NCBI GenBank assembly: GCA_944384405.1
Contig: CALWTH010000041.1
Span: forward strand, 65,394-129,393
Direction of reading: 5' to 3'
DNA length: 64,000 nucleotides
Source: an uncultured Clostridia bacterium
GTDB lineage: Bacteria; Bacillota; Clostridia; Christensenellales; UBA1242
The notes under the pieces were generated by a model. That model was not told the DNA's origin. It made no database searches and saw only the letters and a program-made list of their open reading frames with translations. Positions 1 to 7,720 of the stretch are shown here, piece after piece. Every line of letters begins with the position of its first letter. The first letter of the stretch is position 1. The position numbers and the translations under genes were made by a program.

Positions 1-1
1 A

Positions 2-355
2 TATGCCGGCAATATCAAAATGGACTTTTCACCACTCGGCTGGTACTATAATAACTTAAACAGCCGTTCTCCTGCTTTTAGTGGAGTTGAACCATTATTC
101 AACTATGCTATTTCAAACAAAAAAGATGTTGGACCAAAGTGCAAACTTGTGACTATTGATGAAGTGGAAGTTGGTGATATCGTCCAACTATGTCAAAGAA
201 AGCCAGTATACAGCCATTGCCTTATAATAACAAAAATTGAAAGTTTACCAACGCTTGAAACAATATTTGTAACATGTCACACAAATGATGTATACAACAA
301 AACACTGTCAGACTATTTTTTCACCAAAATAAGATTTTTAAAAATTTTGAACTAA
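2..355 (+). CDS. Putative amidase-domain protein, C-terminal part (5' end outside window)
   Basis: Frame is open from base 2 to TAA 353-355. Residues GDIVQL...SHCLIITK...VTCHTNDVYNKTL resemble the C-terminal half of the putative amidase domain family from memory. No search run. Confidence 0.45.
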   Translation, partial: YAGNIKMDFSPLGWYYNNLNSRSPAFSGVEPLFNYAISNKKDVGPKCKLVTIDEVEVGDIVQLCQRKPVYSHCLIITKIESLPTLETIFVTCHTNDVYNKTLSDYFFTKIRFLKILN

Positions 356-368
356 TATAAAAAAAGTG

Positions 369-397
369 TTGACAAAAAAAAAGTGTTTTGATAGTAT
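369..397 (+). promoter_or_regulatory. Sigma-A-like promoter upstream of tRNA-Asn
   Basis: TTGACA (369-374), 17-nt spacer, TAGTAT (392-397), about 20 nt before the tRNA 5' end. Confidence 0.45.
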
Positions 398-417
398 TAT
401 ATTGCTTTATGAAATTT

Positions 418-492
418 GCCTCGTTAGCTCAGTGGTAGAGCAACCGGCTGTTAACCGGTAGGTCGTCTGTTCGAGCCAGACACGTGGCGCCA
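418..492 (+). tRNA. tRNA-Asn (anticodon GTT), CCA encoded
   Basis: Hand-folded 75-nt cloverleaf. Acceptor GCCTCGT/ACGTGGC with one U-U mismatch at 4:69. D arm GCTC-AGTGGTA-GAGC. Anticodon arm ACCGG-CTGTTAA-CCGGT. T arm GTCTG-TTCGAGC-CAGAC. Ends GCCA. Confidence 0.9.
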
Positions 493-495
493 TGG

Positions 496-521
496 TCATG
501 GGTTTTGCCCATGATTTTTTT
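496..521 (+). terminator. Rho-independent terminator after tRNA-Asn
   Basis: Hairpin TCATGGG-ttttg-CCCATGA followed by a run of 7 T. Confidence 0.7.
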
Positions 522-577
522 ATTTGTATCTTTATTTTTTTTCTATCTCTCGTATATTAAAATCGGAGGTAAAAATT

Positions 578-1519
578 ATGAAACTAAAAAATTGGCTAGA
601 AATTTGGACAAAACAAATAAAACACAATATAAAACAAAGGAGCTTTAATTCATATCGGGACATAATAAACAACCACATATGTCCACAACTTGGTGAATAT
701 GAACTTGAACAATTGTCGCCAAAAATTCTGCAACAATTTGTTTTTTATTTGCAAGAAAATGGAAATAATAAAACTCATGGGCCACTTTCACCAAATAGCG
801 TCATTTTGATTGTAACAATATTAAAACAAGCAATAAAAGATGCAAATTTATATGAAATTACATCAAAAAACTATACAAATTTGGTTAAATTGCCATCAGT
901 TGACTATGGACATGTTTCGGCGTTTGAAAAATGGGAACAACAAAAAATTGAAAAATATTGCCTTGAAAATAAAAAAAATTATGTTGGTATAATAATTTGC
1001 CTTTATACCGGACTTAGAATTGGCGAATTATTGGCACTAACTTGGAAAGATATTGATTTTGAAAATAACATTATGTGTATATCAAAATCGGCGTATCAGA
1101 CAAAAGTAAATGGAAAAATTAAAATAATAGTTGACACGCCAAAAACAAAAACATCAAATAGAATAATACCAATTTCAAAGCAACTTGCTGCAATTTTGAA
1201 AAAAAATAAGAAAAATAGTACGTCTAAGTTTGTAATTTCAACCAAAAATAGCACAATGGTAGGAACGCGTTCATATCAAAAAACTTTTGAATATATGCTA
1301 AAAAAACTTAATATTGCTAAAAAGAACTTTCATTCTCTTAGGCACACTTTTGCTACGCGTGCTCTTGAATTTGGTATTGATGTAAAAACAGTTTCAGAAA
1401 TTTTAGGTCACAAAGATGCAATGATAACTTTAAAAAGATACACACATTCATTAATGTCACACAAACGCACAATGATGAACAAGTTTGGTAAACTTTTAAA
1501 TTGCAATATGCAATTTTAG
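578..1519 (+). CDS. Tyrosine recombinase / phage-type integrase (intact)
   Basis: GGAGGT sits 8 nt before ATG 578; the ORF-track start at 524 has no RBS. Catalytic signatures present: YTGLRIGELLAL (Arg), HSLRHTFATR (H-x-x-R), LGH, RYTH (Tyr). Lies directly 3' of tRNA-Asn. Confidence 0.9.
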   Translation: MKLKNWLEIWTKQIKHNIKQRSFNSYRDIINNHICPQLGEYELEQLSPKILQQFVFYLQENGNNKTHGPLSPNSVILIVTILKQAIKDANLYEITSKNYTNLVKLPSVDYGHVSAFEKWEQQKIEKYCLENKKNYVGIIICLYTGLRIGELLALTWKDIDFENNIMCISKSAYQTKVNGKIKIIVDTPKTKTSNRIIPISKQLAAILKKNKKNSTSKFVISTKNSTMVGTRSYQKTFEYMLKKLNIAKKNFHSLRHTFATRALEFGIDVKTVSEILGHKDAMITLKRYTHSLMSHKRTMMNKFGKLLNCNMQF

Positions 1520-2829
1520 TGATGGTCTATTTCTTTAACTTTTTGTTCAATCATCTTCGCATACTTTGTTGCTAAAATTTCATCTTTGCCCATAGTCATA
1601 ATTCTTATAACATTTTCAGTGCCGGATTTTCGAACGACTATGTAAATTTTGCCAGCGCACACTCTTTCAATGTCTCTAATCATATCGTTTAACTGTTCGT
1701 TACTTATTACTGCGTCTTTATTTTTAACAGCACAATTTATGGAAATTTGAGGGTAAATTTCGACATTGGCAAGTTCAGAAAACTTTTTTTGTGATAATTT
1801 TAATATTTCAGCAAGTTTTACGGCACAAAGAATACCATCGCCTGTTTTCAAATAGTCAGATAATATTATGTGCCCTGCTTTTTCTCCGCCCAAAACTCCA
1901 CCACTTTTTATCATCTCATCTATGACATATTTATCACCAACATCTGCAAGTTTAACAGCAATTCCATTGTCATTTAATGCGTTTTGTATGCCAAGATTTG
2001 TAAGTTTAGTTCCAACAACTAAGTTATTTTTTAAAATATATTGATTTTTCATATATTTAGCAATAATATACAAAATTTTATCACCATCGACTTCCTCACC
2101 TTTTTCGTCAACAGCAATAACTCTATCGCTATCACCATCAAAAGCAAAGCCAACATCTGCTTTGTTGTTTTTTACTGCTATTTTTAATTTGCTCACATCT
2201 GTTGCCCCACAACTGACATTTATTTTGCTTCCATCAGGGGACTCGTTTATTGTGATAACCTTTGCACCAAGTTGCTTGAATAATTTTGGAGCAATTTTTG
2301 TACTTGCTCCATGACAACAATCCAACACTATTTTAAGTCCAAAAAGTTCAGTTTTTATAGTTTTTTTCAAAAAATTTATGTATTTTTGCTTAATTTTTGG
2401 TAATTTTTTATATTTTCCAAGTCGCATAACATCTTTACGGATATAATTACCAAAGTATTTTTCTAGTTGTTTTTCATACTCATCACCAAGTTTTTGACCT
2501 TTTCCACTAAATATTTTTATTCCATTATGAGTTGGTGGATTGTGTGAAGCGGTGACAACAATACCAAAATCATAACCTAAATTTTGTGTAAGATAGGCAA
2601 CTGCTGCTGATGGACATATGTCCACATCAACAACTGTTGCTCCGCCTAAAATTGCTCCCAAACAAAATGCCAATGTGATATAATCTCCACTAACTCTAGT
2701 GTCTTTTCCAACAATTATTTTTGGATTATCTTTTATATTGCAAAGTGCGTTACCACAATCAAAGGCAATTTTGTGGTCAATACTTTTAAATACCTCGCCC
2801 CTCATTCCATCGGTACCAAAATATGTCAT
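1516..2829 (-). CDS. glmM: Phosphoglucosamine mutase
   Basis: FGTDGMRG N-terminus, TASHNPPTHNGIK phosphoserine loop, FDGDSDR metal site, GGEKAGH. AGGAGG RBS. ATGA overlap with the upstream gene. Confidence 0.9.
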   Translation of the reverse strand: MTYFGTDGMRGEVFKSIDHKIAFDCGNALCNIKDNPKIIVGKDTRVSGDYITLAFCLGAILGGATVVDVDICPSAAVAYLTQNLGYDFGIVVTASHNPPTHNGIKIFSGKGQKLGDEYEKQLEKYFGNYIRKDVMRLGKYKKLPKIKQKYINFLKKTIKTELFGLKIVLDCCHGASTKIAPKLFKQLGAKVITINESPDGSKINVSCGATDVSKLKIAVKNNKADVGFAFDGDSDRVIAVDEKGEEVDGDKILYIIAKYMKNQYILKNNLVVGTKLTNLGIQNALNDNGIAVKLADVGDKYVIDEMIKSGGVLGGEKAGHIILSDYLKTGDGILCAVKLAEILKLSQKKFSELANVEIYPQISINCAVKNKDAVISNEQLNDMIRDIERVCAGKIYIVVRKSGTENVIRIMTMGKDEILATKYAKMIEQKVKEIDHH

Positions 2830-3431
2830 GTATCCTCCTTTAAATACTTGTATGCCTTTTTTGGTTTTATCGTTTCTTTTTCGCGGGCAATGACAAAATC
2901 TCCTTTGTCTGTATTTTTAGTCAAAGTGGTACCTGCACAAATATATGTTTGGTCAGCAACTTCAACTGGTGCTATTAAGTTTGTATTGCTACCAATAAAA
3001 CAATTTTTACCAACTTTTGTGATATGTTTTTTCTTGCCGTCATAGTTTGCAAAAATAACCCCACAACCAACATTTGTATTTTCCCCTACTTGTGCATCGC
3101 CTATGTACGCCAAATGACTTGCCTTTGTGCCACTATGCAAAGTTGCGTTTTTTATTTCAACAAAATTTCCCACTTTGCAATTATCACAAACTTTTGCGTT
3201 TGGTCTGAGTCTTGCAAATGGTCCCACTTTCACATTTTCACCAATTACACAATTTTGCAAATTACTATTACTAATTTCGCAGTTTTTTCCAATAGTTGAA
3301 TCTTCTATATAGTTAAACGGATAAACTATTGTATTATCACCAATAACAGTATTCCCCTTTATGACATTAAATGGGTGAATTGTCACATTTTTTCCAATCA
3401 CGACACTTTTGTCTATAAAAGCATATTCCAT
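2826..3431 (-). CDS. Stand-alone GlmU C-terminal-type hexapeptide-repeat acetyltransferase (GlcN-1-P N-acetyltransferase domain only)
   Basis: Aligns by eye along its whole length with the C-terminal domain of GlmU (GPFARLRP...GNFVEIK...KASHLAYIGDA...GCGVIFANYDGKKKH...IGSNTNLIAPV). No uridyltransferase domain. Start moved to ATG 3431 (GAGGAG RBS). Confidence 0.75.
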   Translation of the reverse strand: MEYAFIDKSVVIGKNVTIHPFNVIKGNTVIGDNTIVYPFNYIEDSTIGKNCEISNSNLQNCVIGENVKVGPFARLRPNAKVCDNCKVGNFVEIKNATLHSGTKASHLAYIGDAQVGENTNVGCGVIFANYDGKKKHITKVGKNCFIGSNTNLIAPVEVADQTYICAGTTLTKNTDKGDFVIAREKETIKPKKAYKYLKEDT

Positions 3432-3463
3432 TTTTGCTCCTCGATGATTATTTATGAAAAACA

Positions 3464-3492
3464 TTGACATATTGTTAAAAGTAGATTAAAAT
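3464..3492 (+). promoter_or_regulatory. Sigma-A-like promoter for the NUDIX gene
   Basis: TTGACA (3464-3469), 17-nt spacer, TAAAAT (3487-3492). Confidence 0.5.
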
Positions 3493-3531
3493 CAAACTCG
3501 CGTTAAAAAATTATAAAAAAGGAAAAATGTT

Positions 3532-4023
3532 ATGAAAGATTTGGCTATTAGAATTGATGATTACAAGTTTAACTTCAGAGTTTGTGCTTTGATTGAAAAC
3601 AAAGGGCGATATTTACTTTCAAAAAATAAAAATGACGACTTTTTTAATATGCCCGGTGGCAGAGTTCATGTTAGTGAAAATACGCATGATGCAATTATTA
3701 GAGAACTAAAAGAAGAATTAGATGTTGATTTTAGCAATTACAATTTGCATCTTTTAAAAGTTGCCGAAGAGTTCTTTAGTTTTAGTGATACAAATTACCA
3801 CGAGATTGATTTTGTTTATTACATAAAATTAAAAGATGGCCATAAACTTTGTATGCAAGATGAAATTCAAAACAAAGACAACACAGATGAAACTTGCGTT
3901 TGGATAAAAAAGAAAGACTTACATAATCACAAAATATTGCCGGAGTTTATTTATGACATTAAAGGTTCAAAGCATATTTCTCATTTAATTTTTGATAAAA
4001 TACATAATGTAAAGTATGATTAA
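3532..4023 (+). CDS. NUDIX hydrolase
   Basis: Nudix box GGRVHVSENTHDAIIRELKEELDV (G-x5-E-x7-RE-x-x-EE). Confidence 0.8.
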   Translation: MKDLAIRIDDYKFNFRVCALIENKGRYLLSKNKNDDFFNMPGGRVHVSENTHDAIIRELKEELDVDFSNYNLHLLKVAEEFFSFSDTNYHEIDFVYYIKLKDGHKLCMQDEIQNKDNTDETCVWIKKKDLHNHKILPEFIYDIKGSKHISHLIFDKIHNVKYD

Positions 4024-4033
4024 TGTAAACTAT

Positions 4034-4071
4034 GAAAAAAAACACAAATCTAGTTGATTTGTGTTTTTTTT
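4034..4071. terminator. Bidirectional rho-independent terminator between convergent genes
   Basis: A-run, hairpin ACACAAATC-tagtt-GATTTGTGT, T-run. Confidence 0.75.
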
Positions 4072-4083
4072 AAACCTTTTTTG

Positions 4084-4659
4084 TTATTCAGTTTTTTCTT
4101 TTGGTTCTTCTAATTGTTCATCTGTTTCAACTGTTTGTTCAGATGTTGGTTGTGCTGGTTGTTCAGTCGTTGGTTGTGCTGGTTGAACTGTTTCAGCTGA
4201 TTGAGTCGCTACTTGTGTCTTTTTTGATTTAGCAAGCATAACGAGTGTTGCAATAGAAATAGCAATTTCCAAAACAACAAAAGCATATCCAGGTGCAGCA
4301 AAACTTTCTGTCAAAGCAATTATAAGTATGGTTATGACCAAAACAAAGAAAATGTTGAAACCTGCAAGAATTTTGTTTGCCTTATGGCAGCCTGCATAAA
4401 GTTTTTCACTTTTCATGACACCTAGATTGCAAAGAAGCAACAAAGCATATAGAACTATTAAAGCAATTACAGAAAGCAACAACAAAAGCAAAAACAAAGC
4501 CCAAGCAATATATACTCCACCAACTTCAAACATAGCGCTAATTAGACCAAGATAACTAAATGCACTTACTCTTGAAACAAGAGGCAAAGCGAAGAATATT
4601 AATGCAAGCACGCTAAGTCCAAGGCCTATACTGTCAAAAATCAGTTTTCTGCTTTTCAT
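4084..4659 (-). CDS. Hypothetical multi-pass membrane protein with Q/P/T-rich C-terminal tail
   Basis: AGGAGG RBS. About four hydrophobic helices. Tail QPAQPTTEQPAQPTSEQ. Confidence 0.7.
   Translation of the reverse strand: MKSRKLIFDSIGLGLSVLALIFFALPLVSRVSAFSYLGLISAMFEVGGVYIAWALFLLLLLLSVIALIVLYALLLLCNLGVMKSEKLYAGCHKANKILAGFNIFFVLVITILIIALTESFAAPGYAFVVLEIAISIATLVMLAKSKKTQVATQSAETVQPAQPTTEQPAQPTSEQTVETDEQLEEPKEKTE
4145..4192 (-). repeat. 24-nt in-frame tandem duplication in the tail of the membrane protein
   Basis: GTTGGTTGTGCTGGTTG occurs at 4145 and 4169 and encodes the duplicated QPAQPT(T/S)EQ. Confidence 0.7.
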
Positions 4660-4875
4660 ATTTTCCTCCTTTTTAATATCAAATTTATGTTATCATTTTA
4701 TAAAATTTTATGTCAAATATATATAAAAAAAAATTATAAAAATTACGATTTTTTTATATAATTTATACTTATTTCATTATTTTAGGTGATGTTAAATATG
4801 GCAAATTTAGTATTATAGAATATTAACTATATATATCTAAAAAAATATTTTATAATAGTTGCAAGAAGTTAAAAA

Positions 4876-5187
4876 ATGGAAGAAAATCACAGTGATATTA
4901 TTAATAGATTAAAGAAATCAAAATTTAGAAATTCATTTAGTTTAAAACAAAAAGATTTTGATTATATAAATAGAGTCGGAATGGATACAATTGGCAGACA
5001 TTGCTTTGACTTTGTGACAAAGCGTCTAAAAGATCCAAGTCAATTTACAGATGGCAAACAAACACCATTTAAAGGTCACCCAGTATTTATTGCTCAGCAT
5101 GCAACTGCAACTTGTTGCCGAGGTTGTCTAAATAAATGGCATAAAATAGAAAAAACACACATAAAAATACAAAGCGCTGCCACCTGA
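4876..5187 (+). pseudogene. DUF4186-family gene, 3'-truncated
   Basis: HPVFIAQHATATCCRGCLNKWH is the family hallmark as I recall it. Roughly 25 C-terminal residues normally following WH are replaced by unrelated sequence running into the integrase fragment. Confidence 0.55.
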
Positions 5188-5506
5188 AATAAGAACTAAA
5201 TTTTTAGAAGCAGTAAGCAAAGATGATGCGAACTTTATTAAACCACTTTGTATTTGTTTAATGTTCTCTGGACTTCGTATTGGCGAAGCTCTTGCTCTTA
5301 AGTGGCAAAACATTGACTTTGAGAATAAAACTCTCAAAATTGAACAAGCAATAACACAAATTCCAAAGTTTGATAACGAAGGTAATGTGATAAATCGTGT
5401 AACGGTTGTTGGAGACACAAAAACAACTTGTAGTGTCCGAGAAATACCCGTTGCAGACATAGTTATAGAAGTAAATGTTGAATTTGTTAAAAACCATATG
5501 ATATAA
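5165..5506 (+). pseudogene. Tyrosine integrase internal fragment
   Basis: FSGLRIGEALALKWQNIDFENKTL is homologous to residues of the intact integrase (578-1519). It lacks the N-terminal domain and the H-x-x-R / Tyr region. The frame opens only at 5165. Confidence 0.8.
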
Positions 5507-5512
5507 TGCTAA

Positions 5513-5550
5513 AAAAGGTTGAAGAAATGTTATGTTTCTCCAACCTTTTG
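5513..5550 (+). terminator. Hairpin after the integrase fragment (weak terminator)
   Basis: AAGGTTGaAGAAA-tgttatg-TTTCTcCAACCTT with only a short T stretch after it. Confidence 0.35.
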
Positions 5551-5578
5551 CATTTTATAAGGAAGTATGATATAATAC

Positions 5579-5908
5579 ATGGAGAAAGGTCCTAGTACTT
5601 ATGCTGAATACTGGACAAGTCCATATGCTGAAGTGGAACACTATATTAGGCATGGGAGGCAAATGGGATTTGAAAAAATAGAAGAATATTCAAAAGCGGC
5701 AAAAGGGTTTGCGTCGAAAAAAAGTGATAGTATATTATCTTTTACTGCCAATGAAAACAAGCATTATTCTACATATAAATACGACAAACAAACAAATGAA
5801 TTTATGATTATTTCTAGAAGTGGTAAAATAGTAACATATTTTCCACCTAAAAATGGTATTGAGTATTTATATGAGCAATATGAAAAATGGGGAGACTATT
5901 GGAATTAA
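5579..5908 (+). CDS. Orphan toxin-like module (colicin-D/BECR-type RNase C-terminal domain-like), no delivery domain
   Basis: 109 aa with H-Y-I-R-H-G near the N-terminus and YKYD..TNEF.I....GKIVTYFPPKNGIEY near the C-terminus. This pattern resembles RNase toxin tips of polymorphic toxins. No convincing RBS, and a stop lies 2 codons upstream. Confidence 0.35.
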   Translation: MEKGPSTYAEYWTSPYAEVEHYIRHGRQMGFEKIEEYSKAAKGFASKKSDSILSFTANENKHYSTYKYDKQTNEFMIISRSGKIVTYFPPKNGIEYLYEQYEKWGDYWN

Positions 5909-5921
5909 AAAGGAGAAACTT

Positions 5922-6230
5922 ATGAGTAATAGTATTAAAAATAAAAATAGAGAAATTATAGAATTTCCACCATACAAGTGTAAAGTGTGTGGTATGGGGA
6001 ATATTGAACATTCTTATGATATTTGCCAATTTTGTGGTTGGGAAGATGATGACATACAAAATGAAAAACCAGACTATATGGGTGGTGCAAACGAAATGAG
6101 TTTAAATCAGTATAAAAAATTCTGGGATGAAAATAAATTCGAAATTTTGTCTAATCTAAAAACTAACAGATTTTATGCCATAGAAAAGTCACAGGAATAT
6201 TATAATAGGATATTTAAAAACAAACTTTAA
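5922..6230 (+). CDS. CPCC-family cysteine-rich protein, copy 1
   Basis: AAGGAG RBS. C-x2-C...C-x2-C-GWEDD followed by PDYMGGAN..SLNQYKKFW. Starts 13 nt after the toxin-like ORF. Confidence 0.7.
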   Translation: MSNSIKNKNREIIEFPPYKCKVCGMGNIEHSYDICQFCGWEDDDIQNEKPDYMGGANEMSLNQYKKFWDENKFEILSNLKTNRFYAIEKSQEYYNRIFKNKL

Positions 6231-6251
6231 GTTTAGATAAAAATATTGAAT

Positions 6252-6566
6252 ATGAAAAATACGGATATAGAAACTAATAAAACCCCCAAATTAGGTATTC
6301 ACCCATACAAATGTAAAATATGTGGATTGGGACACATAGAGAATAGTTATTCAATATGCATGTTTTGTGGTTGGGAAGATGATGACATACAAAACGAACA
6401 ACCAGATTATATGGGTGGTGCTAACCACATGAGCTTAAATCAGTATAAAAAGTTTTGGCAAGAAAATAAAGAAGAAATATTAAAAGCAGATAACACTTGT
6501 TTTAAAGCAATTGATTTAGCAAAAAAATATTATGAAATAAATTATAAAAATCATAAGTTGAATTAA
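6252..6566 (+). CDS. CPCC-family cysteine-rich protein, copy 2 (tandem paralogue)
   Basis: About three quarters identical to copy 1 by eye. Nucleotide stretch 6364-6470 is nearly identical to 6034-6140. Confidence 0.65.
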   Translation: MKNTDIETNKTPKLGIHPYKCKICGLGHIENSYSICMFCGWEDDDIQNEQPDYMGGANHMSLNQYKKFWQENKEEILKADNTCFKAIDLAKKYYEINYKNHKLN

Positions 6567-6601
6567 TTTTAACCTATGATTTTTTTATACAAGGAGATTT
6601 T

Positions 6602-6910
6602 ATGAAAGAAAAATATGAAGTAGATAACAACTTAATACAAGAAAAAACTGAATATGATAAAGAAAAGTTAACAAAGAAACTTAAACTTGTAAGAAATGAA
6701 TTTACAACGGTTGGCAAATATAATATGCCTCTAATAAAGAAACAAGATATAGATTTGAACAAGATTGATTTATGGAATTATACAAAAACAAAGTTGCAAG
6801 ATGAAGATAATAAGAACAAAACAATTCACTTCTTTACTTACGATTGGTTATTTGAAAATGTATATGAAAAACCAGAATTGGCAATGGAAAAATTATCACA
6901 TGGATTTTAA
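6602..6910 (+). pseudogene. DUF4417-family gene, N-terminal fragment only
   Basis: AGGAG RBS. GKYNMPLIKKQDIDL...KTIHFFTYDWLFENVYEKPE matches the family N-terminus from memory. Ends after 102 aa where full-length members continue. Confidence 0.5.
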
Positions 6911-7499
6911 TACAGAAACAAAAACTCAAACTTTAATTGATATTATTGCCTTGTGTGGTAGATGTCATGGAGTTAAGCACATAAGGAATTCCCAAAGGCT
7001 AGGTTTTGAAGAAAATGCAAAAAGACATTTTATGAAAGTTAATAATTGTAACGAGTTGGAATTTGCAACACATTTAACCAAAGCTCAAATGGAATTTGAA
7101 GAAAAAAATAAAATTTATAGATGGAAAATGGTTGCAAATTTAGAAAAGTTTGGTGGTAAAGATATAAAAATTAAGGAAAATTATATTCCGTTAATAGATA
7201 GTGATTACACGCAAGATGAACTTGTAGAACTTAAAAAAGAATATAAATTTACACCAAGAATTTTAGATATCGGTATAAATAATTATGAAGGAACAATATC
7301 TATAACTTGTGATAAAACTAATAAGATTGAATGGTATGATAATAAATTGAATTTAATAGACACAAAATTTAATTTCAGTGAAAAGTTTATAACTAAATTT
7401 TCTGTTAAAAATTTAGATTTGCCATATATAACTTTTAAATTAACTGGCGATTATGGCGAAAAAGTTTCGAAGAGATTTAATTTGATTGCATATAAATAA
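6900..7499 (+). pseudogene. HNH-endonuclease-family C-terminal fragment plus unknown C-terminal region
   Basis: LIDIIALCGRCHGVKHIRNSQ...AKRHFMKVNNC matches only the second half of an HNH family. The first Cys/His half is missing. ATG 6900 overlaps the preceding stop by 11 nt. Confidence 0.4.
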
Positions 7500-7500
7500 T

Positions 7501-7634
7501 TTGACACCTATTGACACCTACGGGAGTAGTTTTTGATAATTTTAGAACAATTTAGGCAGGTACTCCGATTTTGGATTACCTGCCTTTTTTTGTGCAATTT
7601 TTCTGACACCTACAACACCCCAAATTGACACCTA
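7501..7634 (+). repeat. Four direct copies of (T/C)TGACACCTA
   Basis: Copies at 7501-7510, 7511-7520, 7603-7612 and 7625-7634, all in the same orientation, flanking a terminator hairpin. Confidence 0.85.
7554..7591 (+). terminator. Rho-independent terminator
   Basis: AGGCAGGTA...TACCTGCCT (9-bp stem) followed by T7. Confidence 0.7.
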
Positions 7635-7671
7635 ATATTTTTTGAGCAAAAATTTATCAAAAATTTTAGAA

Positions 7672-7720
7672 AATAAAAAACCTTTGAAAGTGCCTATTTA
7701 TAAGGGTTTTTCAAAGGTTT
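7672..7720 (-). terminator. Terminator downstream of tRNA-Thr
   Basis: On the minus strand AAACCTTTGAAA...TTTCAAAGGTTT (long loop) runs into a T-run. Confidence 0.5.

Noticed and set aside
524-577. ORF-track N-terminal extensions of several genes: integrase 524, acetyltransferase 3470, giant gene 2 at 40784, acpP 61347, M23 peptidase 62266, gmk 24197, yabB-like 29473, and 24249-25139.
   Set aside because: In each case an internal ATG is preceded at 3-8 nt by a GGAGG-type RBS. The extension has none and adds non-homologous residues. In one case it contains the neighbouring gene's promoter.
5128-5497. Minus-strand ORFs 5128-5460 and 5258-5497.
   Set aside because: They are antisense to the integrase fragment, which has clear homology on the plus strand. 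They have no RBS.
6765-6899. Upstream part of ORF 6765-7499 overlapping the DUF4417 fragment.
   Set aside because: It is an out-of-frame overlap with a better-supported ORF. The translation there is nonsense-like. Recognisable homology begins only after ATG 6900.
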